Source: an uncultured Gammaproteobacteria bacterium
GTDB taxonomy: Bacteria; Patescibacteriota; Microgenomatia; UBA10105; UBA927
Length of the DNA stretch: 64,000 bases
Assembly (NCBI GenBank): GCA_964629685.1
Contig: CAZVTT010000004.1
Coordinates: 76 to 64,075, forward strand
Direction: 5' to 3'
In this document: positions 50,182-60,119 of the stretch, in pieces
Numbering within the stretch: the first letter of the stretch is position 1
How the letters are laid out: every line of letters starts with the position of its first letter
The notes under the pieces: generated by a model
Databases searched by the model: none
What the model was told of the DNA's origin: nothing
What the model saw: the letters and a program-made list of their open reading frames with translations, nothing else
Position numbers and translations under genes: made by a program

Positions 50182-50240
50182 CCCGGCAATAACGAACTCA
50201 CCTATTTTACACTATAATCCCTATCTGGTAAAAGGAAACC

Positions 50241-52196
50241 ATGGAATACCTGGATGCATTTACGCTTATTCAGATCGAATTCTGGACCTATTTGGCCTAC
50301 TTTTTTATAGCAGTACTCATCGCCTGGACTATTCCCGGGATTCTCATTCTACAAAAATTAAACACCTCTATCTGGAAAAAACTTATCGTAGCTACCTGTG
50401 TTGGCATAGTAATGTGGGGCTGGCAGGCATGGATACTTGGTCTGCTACACATACGCTGGGCGAGTTTTATATATCTGGGAGTAATGCTCATTGGTTTTTC
50501 CCGTTACTCCAGGAAAATACCGCGGTTCCACAAACCATCCCCTATAATTTTTAACCTGGCGGCCATCATTATCATGCTAGTGGGTGTCGCGGCACAACAA
50601 CTCCCTCTGTGGCACCAGGGTATCCGCTCGGATTCAGGAATCGGCTTTTGTTGTGAAGAACCAATAGACGGTCTCTGGAATATAGCGGTTACCGATCAGC
50701 TGGTACGAGCTATACCACCGGAAACTCCGGGTTATTCAGGAACACCGTTTATCAATTATCACTTCTGGTCCTATCTGATTACTGCAGACCTGATCCGTGT
50801 TTTCCATCTGCCGCTATTACCCACACAACTGCAATTCATGCCGCTTTTTATATCAGTTATGTATGGCCTGGTACTTCTGTCTGTGGGATCACTTTGGTTA
50901 AAAACAAAAACGGCATTTCAGTGGTTACTCTTCTGGACGTACTTTGCTGCGGATTTTTTCCCGATCGCCCGGATGCACGTTACAGGCTCCGTTGATTTTA
51001 ACCTGACGCCACTTTTGAGCAGTTGGATGTTTTCCATGAATTTTCCTATGAGCATATCCATTGTGCTTTTGCTCGCAGCAATTTTCATTATTGCCGCGTG
51101 GGAGAAACAACGAAGCCGATCACTATTGCTGCTGGCTGCGTTCATGTGCGGGACTGTGATCGGGTACAAAGTGCATACCGGAATATTCGTACTACTTGGC
51201 CTGTTGGCACTTGCCGTTCTTCAACAGAAAAAACAATTCACGGGTTTATTCTTCGCCAGCGTCGTCATTGCCGCCGTATTATATCTACCTCAGAATCACG
51301 GCTCCGGAGGGTTATACATAAGCTGGTTTTCGCGTATTGCGGAATTTGCGTCACTTCCCGAACTTGGATATTCCGATTCCGTTATGAAAACCATAAACTT
51401 CCCCGCAAAACAATTACTCCAAATGCCGTTCAGGCATACGGTTTACTACGTGTTTAGCGGTATGTTCTTAACGGGTTTGTATCTCATGACATACTTTGGT
51501 TTTTATTCCGGCGTGCTGTTATTGCGCAAAAAAGATTTTTTGGAGATTCCTAAAATCGTAAAAACCATGATTATTCCGGCAATACTAGTATCACTGATAT
51601 TGGGTGTATTTACGCAACAAGCATCCGGCGGGGGACACACGTACAATTTTATTGCCATCGTGTATTGGATCATGCCGCTTATGATTATTCAATTATTTCT
51701 TCCGGAAGGACTTTACCACCGTTCCGCATATTGGCGGGTAATCATGCTTATCTTCGTTACGGTTAACTGTGTACGACTGGTACCTCAGATGGGTGCGTAT
51801 TTACGGGACTATGACACCCGGCGATGGTTTATCATTTCGCATGATGAATTAACTGCATTAACATGGGCAAGGGAACATCTGTCTACCAATACCCTACTTT
51901 TCGTGGATACTGAAAACAGACAGGATGCTATAGCACCCTACGTCAGTATTTTTAGTCAAAAACCTGCGTACTATTCCGGCAGGATTTCTAACTTAGCACA
52001 CAACGTACATGATGCAGAAAAGTGGGAGTTAATCCAACGAGTGTATTCAGATGTTCCATGTGAGCAAAAAAAACAATCGTTAGGAAAATATCCGAATGCG
52101 GTGTTGTATATTCGGAAACAAAACGGATCGGATCTCAGCCGTTTTAGTTGCATGACACCCAGATTCGCAAACAGTGCAGTAATGCTGTTGCAGTAA
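50241..52196 (+). CDS. Multi-pass membrane protein, GT-C glycosyltransferase-like
   Basis: Many TM; periplasmic loop with D..W.I and PP..P...G....YH; C-terminal soluble domain. Confidence 0.55.
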   Translation: MEYLDAFTLIQIEFWTYLAYFFIAVLIAWTIPGILILQKLNTSIWKKLIVATCVGIVMWGWQAWILGLLHIRWASFIYLGVMLIGFSRYSRKIPRFHKPSPIIFNLAAIIIMLVGVAAQQLPLWHQGIRSDSGIGFCCEEPIDGLWNIAVTDQLVRAIPPETPGYSGTPFINYHFWSYLITADLIRVFHLPLLPTQLQFMPLFISVMYGLVLLSVGSLWLKTKTAFQWLLFWTYFAADFFPIARMHVTGSVDFNLTPLLSSWMFSMNFPMSISIVLLLAAIFIIAAWEKQRSRSLLLLAAFMCGTVIGYKVHTGIFVLLGLLALAVLQQKKQFTGLFFASVVIAAVLYLPQNHGSGGLYISWFSRIAEFASLPELGYSDSVMKTINFPAKQLLQMPFRHTVYYVFSGMFLTGLYLMTYFGFYSGVLLLRKKDFLEIPKIVKTMIIPAILVSLILGVFTQQASGGGHTYNFIAIVYWIMPLMIIQLFLPEGLYHRSAYWRVIMLIFVTVNCVRLVPQMGAYLRDYDTRRWFIISHDELTALTWAREHLSTNTLLFVDTENRQDAIAPYVSIFSQKPAYYSGRISNLAHNVHDAEKWELIQRVYSDVPCEQKKQSLGKYPNAVLYIRKQNGSDLSRFSCMTPRFANSAVMLLQ

Positions 52197-52309
52197 TGGT
52201 ATAGCCTAGTCAATTCTGGAACTTTCGTATTTTTCAGCGGTCCCGCCATGGCTTCGCAATTGTATGCTCCCTCAATGTTCACCCAATCCTAAAAGACTAT
52301 ACTAATGGT

Positions 52310-52711
52310 ATGAAAATACTGTTTTGGCTGCCACGGATTATCAGTATTTGTTTCGTGTTATTTCTATCCTTATTTTCACTTGATGTATTTACGGAATATA
52401 CCGGAATACAAGCGATACTAGCGTTTATCATGCACCTTCGTTATCCTTTTCTTCTACTTCTGCTGTCCCTAATTGCCTGGAAGTATGACCTATTCGGAGC
52501 AGTTATATTTTTAGGATTTGCCGTGTTTTATATTCTTACGGTGGGTCTGAACCGGCCATGGAGTTGGTATGTCAGCATTTCCGGACCCTCGGTATTTGTC
52601 GCGATGTTGTACGCAGTAAGTTGGCGAAATAAAAAGAAGTTAAATCAAACAAGAAGAGGCACGGGTAGGAAAAAAGTAAGTAATGCCGATATCAATTCAT
52701 GCAACCCGTGA
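52310..52711 (+). CDS. Small hypothetical membrane protein (4 TM)
   Basis: WLPRI...FSLDVF; TATACT 6 nt before the ATG. Confidence 0.7.
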   Translation: MKILFWLPRIISICFVLFLSLFSLDVFTEYTGIQAILAFIMHLRYPFLLLLLSLIAWKYDLFGAVIFLGFAVFYILTVGLNRPWSWYVSISGPSVFVAMLYAVSWRNKKKLNQTRRGTGRKKVSNADINSCNP

Positions 52712-52782
52712 GCGGGCGATGGGACTTGAACCCACGACCTTCTCCTTGGCAAGGAGACATTCTACCGCTGAACTACGCCCGC
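52711..52782 (-). tRNA. tRNA-Gly (GCC), CCA not encoded
   Basis: GCGGGCG/CGCCCGC acceptor stem, TCTCC-TTGCCAA-GGAGA anticodon arm, GGTTCAAGTCC. Confidence 0.95.
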
Positions 52783-52936
52783 TTAATTGTTAAATAACCG
52801 CCTGTCCATTACAACCCAAAACGGTTAACTCAGCGTTTATTTTAGCACACAATCGGTTTCTGTACAGCCAGAGCTTATGTATAGCCCGTCCATACGGGTT
52901 GAATATTTCTATAGGATATGTTAAACTACCAACCTT

Positions 52937-54418
52937 ATGACGCTAAAACAGAATAATCTAAACTCGTTCCTCCAGACCATCAAAAAAATAGTAGATACCG
53001 TAAAACGATTTTTCAAAACTGTCGCTAAAAAACTCATTCAGCTCATTGACCGGGCACCTTTAGTAACCTTTTTCGGATTCCTGGTAATTCTACTGGTACT
53101 TATCCTGGTTGGTAATTTTTTGCGTAAACCGAAAAACACCGAAACAGCCTCAGAAACGGCACCTAAGCATGTAGAAATTTCCAGTATCGGCGAAAATCCC
53201 CGGGTACAGGTCAGCGCAAAAGTAGAAAAAACCGGTGTAATTAAACTCGTGGCCCAGTCTAATGGCATTGTGCAGGCCATTCATAGAACTGAAGGATCCC
53301 GTGTAGGAAGAGGTCAATGGATTATTTCTTTATCAAATACGTATCAGGGCGGAACAATTGCCTCCGTAAGCAGACAGGTGGCACAAAAAAATAACGAATT
53401 TACCGAATTAAATTACCCTGTGCAATTGGAAATGATAAAAAAACGTCGGGAGATTGCTAACCTCAGTGACGGCCAGGCAGATAAGCTGCGTGACATAGCC
53501 AACCAATCCATCGACGAAACCAAAAGTCTTATTAGCCTGAATGAAGAGATACTTACTTCGCTGAATGCCCAGATAGAATTCCTGGAGACATCCGGAGCAG
53601 ACGAGTCGGATATTATGACTGCAAAACAAGGAAAAGCAGGATTACTTACCGGTTTAAACGCACTGAAAACCGCTTTACGGAATACCGAATACCAGGCAGA
53701 CGAAGATCATGAACCGGGACAACTCGCCAATAAAAGTCGCGAGCTAACGCAACAACAACTCGATATCGAGGAACGTTCACTGAATCTGAATGTAGAAATA
53801 AGTAAACTGAATTTACGATTAGCTCAAATTAACGAATCGTTTATGTACCCGGCCAGTCCGGTAAACGGGGTAGTTGAACGGATTTACGTTAAAATTGGAG
53901 ATTCGGTAAATCCGGGAACCGTTCTGGCTACCATCAGCTCAGACAAAACATCGGTAACGGCAGTAGCGGCAATTTCTGCGGAACTTGCGGAAAACATTTC
54001 TACCGTAGAAAAAAGTAAAATTACTATTGGTACCATTCATTTTGAGCTGGCGCCGCGCTATGTATCTTCGGAACCAACCGAAGGGAATATGCACGCGGTA
54101 TTGTTTACCATTCCCGATGAATACGTAGATCAACTGAGTAATAGTTCTTATATTACGGTTGAAATTCCGGTCAGCAAACCCAAAAGTGCCGCAGCCGTAC
54201 CATTCGTACCGTTGGATGCTATCTTTCAGACACAAACAGACGCGTATGTATTTGTTGCGTCTCCTTCAGCCAGCGGCGCATTAATCGCTCAAAGCCGAAC
54301 AGTCGATTTGGGTGACGTAATCGGATCATACGTCAGAATTGAAAACGGTTTACAGGCAGGGGATCAGGTCATTATCAACCGCAATATCATTGCTGGTGAT
54401 CCGGTCACCATTCAATAA
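52937..54418 (+). CDS. RND efflux membrane-fusion (HlyD-like) protein
   Basis: TM anchor, lipoyl half-motifs around a long coiled coil, SPVNGVV, GLQAGDQVI. Confidence 0.85.
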   Translation: MTLKQNNLNSFLQTIKKIVDTVKRFFKTVAKKLIQLIDRAPLVTFFGFLVILLVLILVGNFLRKPKNTETASETAPKHVEISSIGENPRVQVSAKVEKTGVIKLVAQSNGIVQAIHRTEGSRVGRGQWIISLSNTYQGGTIASVSRQVAQKNNEFTELNYPVQLEMIKKRREIANLSDGQADKLRDIANQSIDETKSLISLNEEILTSLNAQIEFLETSGADESDIMTAKQGKAGLLTGLNALKTALRNTEYQADEDHEPGQLANKSRELTQQQLDIEERSLNLNVEISKLNLRLAQINESFMYPASPVNGVVERIYVKIGDSVNPGTVLATISSDKTSVTAVAAISAELAENISTVEKSKITIGTIHFELAPRYVSSEPTEGNMHAVLFTIPDEYVDQLSNSSYITVEIPVSKPKSAAAVPFVPLDAIFQTQTDAYVFVASPSASGALIAQSRTVDLGDVIGSYVRIENGLQAGDQVIINRNIIAGDPVTIQ

Positions 54419-54435
54419 TCAGCCACGGTATTTCC

Positions 54436-57400
54436 ATGGACAAAACCCACGAACACAAATCATATCTCGATCGGATTACATTTGATCCTAAACTTGGTGC
54501 CGGCGTTATAGCCAAATTCGTCACCAATATCCGGATCGTGTTACTTTTGGTTATTTCTATTGCCTTTTTGGGAATATTCAGCTATCTGAACTTACCGCAA
54601 CGGTTAAATCCGGAAATAAAAATTCCCATTGTTATCGTATCCACCGTACTTCCGGGCGCAGGACCAGACGATGTAGAAAAACTGGTAACCATTCCTATAG
54701 AGGAAAAACTCCGTGGTTTGTCGGGGTTGGATACCATTTCATCCGTATCACAGGAAAACTTTTCGGTTATTACCATGCAGTTCTTTAACTCGGTAGGGCA
54801 AGACCCTGCGAAAGCCTTGGTAAAGGATGCTGTAGACAGTGTGTCTGGTCTACCTGAAGACGCAAACGACCCGCAAGTTGCTGCCTTGGATTTTGAAAAC
54901 CAACCCATCTGGCAGTTTGCCATTACATCACCTTCGGACCCGGTTTCGCTGTTTACGTTCAGCAAAAAATTACAGGATGACATAAAAAATATTCCCAATG
55001 TTGACCGGGTAACCATCCGCGGTCTGGAAGAACAGGAAGTTGCCATAGATATTTCTCCTGAAAAAGTTGCAGAATCCGGCTTAAATCCGATTCAGCTTTC
55101 CGGTGTGCTAAAAACTGCACTGGGAGCATACCCGTCCGGATCGATAGATACGTCGAGAAATACGTTCGCTCTCACAATAGACCCTTCTATTAACTCAATA
55201 GAAGGCATACGCAAGACCAAAATCAGTATTGGTGCAGTAGATGTGCAACTGGGAGATATAGCCACAGTCTATGAGCGGTCAAAGGGAAACCAAACCGTAT
55301 CGTATTTGGCTTCTCCTCAAGACCCGCCGAGAGTAGCGGTAACGTTTGCCGTATATAAACGTTCAAATGCGGACATTATTAAAACCGCTGAACAGGTACG
55401 TAAAATTGTAGATGCGGAAATAGAAAAAACAGATAACCGGTTTGTTCTTACGGATATAAGTAACACCGGTGAACTGATTAAAACGCAGTTTTCGGACTTA
55501 TTGGGGGAATTCCGTTCAACAATACTATTAGTATTTGCCACGCTCTTTTTATTCCTGGGCCTGCGCCAAGCCATTATTTCGTCCATTACGGTTCCGCTTA
55601 CCTTCTTATCCGCCTTCGTATTCATGTCGGTTTTCGGCATGTCCATTAACTTCCTGTCGCTGTTTGCCTTTTTGCTCGCGTTGGGTTTACTCGTAGACGA
55701 CACCATTGTAGTCGTATCGGCTATGACAACGTATTACAAAACAGGCAAGTTTACTCCGGCGGAAACGGGCTTGCTGGTATGGCGGGATACCATTGTGCCG
55801 ATCTGGTCTACAACCATTACTACTATCTGGTCGTTTGTCCCGTTACTCCTTTCCAGCGGAATTATCGGCGAATTCATTAAACCCATTCCGGTAGTGGTAA
55901 CCGTAACCATGATCTCTTCGACTGCTATTGCCGTTTTAATAACACTGCCGGTTATGATTGTATTATTAAAGCCAAAAATTCCCGGACGGGTTATATTCCT
56001 CGGTAAACTTATCGGTGTATTGGCACTCATTGGAGTAATTATTGCCATTGCCGGCAGCAATATATTGTTCCTCCCTATTACGATTGCATATCTCGTTTTT
56101 GTAGCAATTGCCTGGCGTGTCCGTCGGATTATTGCCGCACAAATCAAACAAACCACGGCCAGAATTCCCGGCGTACACAAAACCTGGAATCTGCTTGGGA
56201 AATATGCCAGTCATGGCGTCATTTCCGTCGATGGTTTTGCACAGGCATATGAACGGTTCATTACCAGAATTCTGAAAAGTAAATCAGCACGCAGAAACGT
56301 CGTAATCGCTATCGTGGCATATGCTGTATTTGCCTTTGCCTTATTGCCCATGGGGCTTATTCAGAATGAATTTTTCCCGAAGTCGGAAGCCGATCAGGTA
56401 TACATCAATTTGGAATTACCGTCCGGGACATTACTGGAACACACCAAGCAGGAAACAGAGACATTACTTGAACGGTTCCGCCAAAACAGCCATATCGATT
56501 ATGTGGTGGGTGAAGTAGGCAATTCAAATTCCGGTAATGGCTTTGGCGGAGGAAGTGAACAGACAAATATAGCGCTGTTTACGTTTCATTTACCGGAGAA
56601 AGAAAAACGCACGGCCGACTCCATAAAGATTGCAGAGGAACTCCGCAAACAGGTAGCCGATTACCCGAACGGAAAACTTTCCGTGCTGGAAGAGTCAGGC
56701 GGTCCACCCGCCGGTGCAGAATTGCAGTTAAAATTATCGGGAGACGATTTAGGTGAATTAAATCTATATGCCGACAAGGTTGCGGAATTTTTACGAACTC
56801 AACCAGGAGTGGTCAATATAGAAAAGTCAATTAAACCGGGGACGAGTGCGCTGGTATTTGTTCCGGACCAGGACCGCCTGCTGGAACATGGATTAGCTGC
56901 AAACTCCATAGGCCTTTGGCTCCGAACGGCAGTAAGCGGTTTTACACTCGGTGAAGTTAACTTCGAGGAACAAACCACAGACAAAAAGAATGTCGTGTTT
57001 TCGTTTGGTTTAACCAGACAAACACCGGAATCGCTGGGTCGTTTACAAATACCGACACAACAGGGGCCCGTTTCGCTGTCTTCTTTGGGAACATTTAAAA
57101 CTCAAGCCAGTCCAACACTTATAACCAGAGAACAGGGGAAACGGACAATTTCAGTAAGTGCCGGTGTATCACGGGGATATTCCGCCACCGAGTTAAATAC
57201 GAAATTACTGGATTTTTCAAAAACCGTAGAACTTCCGACGGGATACGAATGGAAAACAGGCGGAGTTAACGAAGAAAACGCCAAATCCGTTCAATCCATT
57301 CTTCAGGCTATGGTGGTGGCGTTTATTCTGATTCTGGTAACTATGGTAATCCAATTCCAATCATTCCGTCAGGCAGTAATTGTACTTTTGGTTATTCCCT

Positions 57401-57783
57401 TGGCTGTTTCCAGTGTGTTCCTGATATTTGCCCTTACGGGAACACCGTTATCATTTCCGGCATTAATCGGTGTGCTTTCACTATTCGGCATCGTGGTAAC
57501 CAATTCCATGTTTATCGTGGACAAAATAAACTTAAACCGAAAAGAGGGTATGCCGTTTATAAAAGCCATAGCAGACGCAGGCTCCAGCCGTATGGAACCG
57601 ATTATCCTGACTAAACTTTGTACCGTATTCGGGTTATTGCCGATTACCCTGGCCGATCCGCTGTGGCGGGGATTGGGCGGTGCCATAATTTCCGGATTAC
57701 TGATCGCCAGTACCATAATGTTGCTCTTTATTCCGGTAGTGTATTACGCATGGATGAAACCCGCTGAGAACTCCGACCTTTAA
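54436..57783 (+). CDS. RND efflux permease (AcrB/AcrD/AcrF family)
   Basis: Two large loops, 12+ TM, GLLVDD, GIVVTN, RMEPI. Confidence 0.93.
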   Translation: MDKTHEHKSYLDRITFDPKLGAGVIAKFVTNIRIVLLLVISIAFLGIFSYLNLPQRLNPEIKIPIVIVSTVLPGAGPDDVEKLVTIPIEEKLRGLSGLDTISSVSQENFSVITMQFFNSVGQDPAKALVKDAVDSVSGLPEDANDPQVAALDFENQPIWQFAITSPSDPVSLFTFSKKLQDDIKNIPNVDRVTIRGLEEQEVAIDISPEKVAESGLNPIQLSGVLKTALGAYPSGSIDTSRNTFALTIDPSINSIEGIRKTKISIGAVDVQLGDIATVYERSKGNQTVSYLASPQDPPRVAVTFAVYKRSNADIIKTAEQVRKIVDAEIEKTDNRFVLTDISNTGELIKTQFSDLLGEFRSTILLVFATLFLFLGLRQAIISSITVPLTFLSAFVFMSVFGMSINFLSLFAFLLALGLLVDDTIVVVSAMTTYYKTGKFTPAETGLLVWRDTIVPIWSTTITTIWSFVPLLLSSGIIGEFIKPIPVVVTVTMISSTAIAVLITLPVMIVLLKPKIPGRVIFLGKLIGVLALIGVIIAIAGSNILFLPITIAYLVFVAIAWRVRRIIAAQIKQTTARIPGVHKTWNLLGKYASHGVISVDGFAQAYERFITRILKSKSARRNVVIAIVAYAVFAFALLPMGLIQNEFFPKSEADQVYINLELPSGTLLEHTKQETETLLERFRQNSHIDYVVGEVGNSNSGNGFGGGSEQTNIALFTFHLPEKEKRTADSIKIAEELRKQVADYPNGKLSVLEESGGPPAGAELQLKLSGDDLGELNLYADKVAEFLRTQPGVVNIEKSIKPGTSALVFVPDQDRLLEHGLAANSIGLWLRTAVSGFTLGEVNFEEQTTDKKNVVFSFGLTRQTPESLGRLQIPTQQGPVSLSSLGTFKTQASPTLITREQGKRTISVSAGVSRGYSATELNTKLLDFSKTVELPTGYEWKTGGVNEENAKSVQSILQAMVVAFILILVTMVIQFQSFRQAVIVLLVIPLAVSSVFLIFALTGTPLSFPALIGVLSLFGIVVTNSMFIVDKINLNRKEGMPFIKAIADAGSSRMEPIILTKLCTVFGLLPITLADPLWRGLGGAIISGLLIASTIMLLFIPVVYYAWMKPAENSDL

Positions 57784-57869
57784 ACTGTTAGCTGAATCAC
57801 AAATAGTTTGTACTATATAGGACTGTGACCGTAATCAGTTTCCGATTAACTACGTGCAAAGGAGAAATT

Positions 57870-58361
57870 ATGGAAACTAAACAACCGTTACTGGTTATTG
57901 TCGTAGTAGCACTTACCGCCGGACTCGCCGGGGGGATAATATCGAATTCTTTTATGGGGGCGAAAACGCCACCGCCAGAAAAAATGGTAGCAGAATCCGC
58001 TAAAATGCCCAGTGTCATATTTCACATCGCGACCGATCCGAAAACCAATCCGCATAGCGGATTTATGGCACTGACAGCAGCGGGTAAGTTTGCTGATGCC
58101 GGATCAAAAGTGTTTGTTTTCTTTGACGTAAAAGGTGTAGCGTATGGTACAAAAGACAGTGATTTTACGTTTGCCGATTTCGGTTCGTCAAAGAAACTTA
58201 TCGCGGATCTTCTGGCAAAAGGAGTTCGGGTTGAAGTATGTCAGCATTGCTTTCATGTAAATGAATTTAAGGATGCAGACTTAATGGAAGGATTACATTG
58301 GAAAGATTTGAGTAAAACCACCGAAGGATTAAACGATCCCATCCTAACATTTGATTACTAA
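57870..58361 (+). CDS. DsrE-like protein with N-terminal membrane anchor
   Basis: VFFDVKGV, GVRVEVCQHC; RBS AAGGAG. Confidence 0.65.
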   Translation: METKQPLLVIVVVALTAGLAGGIISNSFMGAKTPPPEKMVAESAKMPSVIFHIATDPKTNPHSGFMALTAAGKFADAGSKVFVFFDVKGVAYGTKDSDFTFADFGSSKKLIADLLAKGVRVEVCQHCFHVNEFKDADLMEGLHWKDLSKTTEGLNDPILTFDY

Positions 58362-58375
58362 TTTTGTGTAAGTAT

Positions 58376-58404
58376 AAAAAAACCCGCGAAAGCGGGTTTT
58401 TTTT
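58376..58404. terminator. Bidirectional intrinsic terminator
   Basis: A-run, CCCGC-GAAA-GCGGG, T-run, between convergent genes. Confidence 0.92.
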
Positions 58405-58405
58405 A

Positions 58406-58481
58406 TGGTGCCGAGCCTAGGAGTTGCACCCAGATAACATGTTTTTCAGACATGCGCCTTGACTACCTCGGCCAGCTCGGC
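58406..58481 (-). tRNA. tRNA-Phe (GAA), atypical D and T loops
   Basis: GCCGAGC/GCTCGGC acceptor stem, CATGT-CTGAAAA-ACATG arm, T loop TGCAACT, ACCA end. Confidence 0.85.
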
Positions 58482-58592
58482 TTCAAATGTACCTGAAGAT
58501 TATATCACGAGTTTAGCTCCAGTTTAAGATGCAGTCTTGGGTTACCTGTTACTAACCTTCTCTTGTATCCGTTTCAATGATACGATAATTAC

Positions 58593-60092
58593 ATGCCCAA
58601 ATCTGCGGCGAAATCATTCCGTTCATTGGTAACTTTTCGTTCAATTATACTTTCACTGTATGTGTTGGTAGTTATCGCGCTTGCATATTCCGTATTTCGC
58701 TCCGGTTACTTTTATACATTTGATAACGACGAATACCTGCACGCACATGTTGTGTATTTACTTGATCACGGGAAATATATGTTCCGGGATATATTTAGCG
58801 TATATACTCCCATTTATCATTGGTTTCTTTTACCGTTTTACAAATTCTACGGATACTCGTTAGAAACCATCCAATTCAGCAGATATGTGATGATCCTCTT
58901 GTTTGTACTTCGTCTGGCTGCCGGATTCCTGATAACACGAAAATTATTCGGTAAACGCACGGCGATGCTCTTTTTACCACTACATCTCCTTGATCCTTTT
59001 GCTGTGTTTACCAATATGCAACTCCGACCGGATAATCTGATGTTAACGGCATATTGCCTGGGACTTGCCAGTTTGGTTAAGGCGGTAGAAAAGAAAAATA
59101 AAAAGTGGTGGGTTCTCGCAGCCGTAGGATTGAGTTTGTCGGTATTAACGAATATAAAAATAGTTCCCGTTGCCGGAATTACCGCATTTATGTCGCTCGT
59201 TTACTTGTGGAGTCAAAAACAGAAACACATTTTGATATGGTTCATCGTTGGGGGTCTCGTACCGATTGCATTGTTCTGCTGCTATTTTCTTTCAATCGGT
59301 ACCTTCGGGGCAATGCTCCAACAGATAGTAGTAGACGCCAGACTTACAAACGATACACGCATGTTTCCGGTACCGCCGGGTTTCTTTTACCATCCCAACA
59401 ATATATTGGTATTTGGAGCCCCTGAAAGACCTTTAAACTGGATTTACGCGTGGGTTCTTCCCTTAGCCGCCTTTTCCGGAGCATACCAGCTGATTATGTC
59501 CTGGTTAAAAGACAAAAAATATACTGCCCAGTCGTTTCCGCAGCTAGTCTTAGTGGGCGGTCTGGTTGCTGCCTGGTCTTCGCTTTTAGCCGTTAAATCA
59601 CTGTTTATTCAATATTACATTCCCACTACCTGGTTTTTTGCTATCCTGGCAGCCGTTTCCATAAACGGTATGGTAAAACTTATGCCCAACTCCAAAACAA
59701 CAACCACCATACTTACACTGGGTCTCATGCTTTTCGCGCAACAATCATATACGGCAAATCAGGTACGTGCCACATCCAGGGGAGATGATTTTAAAAACAT
59801 GATCATACGAAGATGGCAACAGATTCCCGTTAATCAGGCAGTATTTCCGGATTTTCTGTTCCGGCCATCCGTATATCCAATCAGCTTCGGATACGGAATA
59901 GGGGAAATACCGACACCTATTCTGAACCGTTTTACGGCGATATCCAAAACAATAGACGAGAATAAACTACCTTTCGTACTGATAGACAGTTATCAGCTGA
60001 ATTTGCTGCCGCCGGAATATAGGGGGTATATAGAAAAGAACTTCCGCAGCATTTCTCCGGCAGATCCGGATTATAGAATCCGGAATAAATAA
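58593..60092 (+). CDS. ArnT/GT39-like (GT-C) membrane glycosyltransferase
   Basis: DNDE after TM1, RD..S..P, RPD, QYY; many TM. Confidence 0.75.
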   Translation: MPKSAAKSFRSLVTFRSIILSLYVLVVIALAYSVFRSGYFYTFDNDEYLHAHVVYLLDHGKYMFRDIFSVYTPIYHWFLLPFYKFYGYSLETIQFSRYVMILLFVLRLAAGFLITRKLFGKRTAMLFLPLHLLDPFAVFTNMQLRPDNLMLTAYCLGLASLVKAVEKKNKKWWVLAAVGLSLSVLTNIKIVPVAGITAFMSLVYLWSQKQKHILIWFIVGGLVPIALFCCYFLSIGTFGAMLQQIVVDARLTNDTRMFPVPPGFFYHPNNILVFGAPERPLNWIYAWVLPLAAFSGAYQLIMSWLKDKKYTAQSFPQLVLVGGLVAAWSSLLAVKSLFIQYYIPTTWFFAILAAVSINGMVKLMPNSKTTTTILTLGLMLFAQQSYTANQVRATSRGDDFKNMIIRRWQQIPVNQAVFPDFLFRPSVYPISFGYGIGEIPTPILNRFTAISKTIDENKLPFVLIDSYQLNLLPPEYRGYIEKNFRSISPADPDYRIRNK

Positions 60093-60119
60093 CAAGAAGT
60101 ATAGATAAAATCAAAATAC

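Larger units (their letters stand above)
49875..50190 (-). mobile_element. Putative GIY-YIG cassette integrated at the tRNA-Gln 5' end, bounded by 16-bp direct repeats
   Basis: TACACCACCCGGCAAT at 49875-49890, and again at 50139-50145 + 50182-50190 split by a 36-bp insert. Confidence 0.7.

Noticed and set aside
50133-50201. N-terminal extension MSSLLPGPPATLCVALRAGG of the GIY-YIG ORF
   Set aside because: It is read-through of the palindrome and tRNA fragment; the domain begins at MKFYY.
51971-52282. 103-aa minus-strand ORF or possible gene remnant in the 52197-52300 gap
   Set aside because: It mostly overlaps the 651-aa gene on the opposite strand and has no recognisable motif; cannot be supported without a search.
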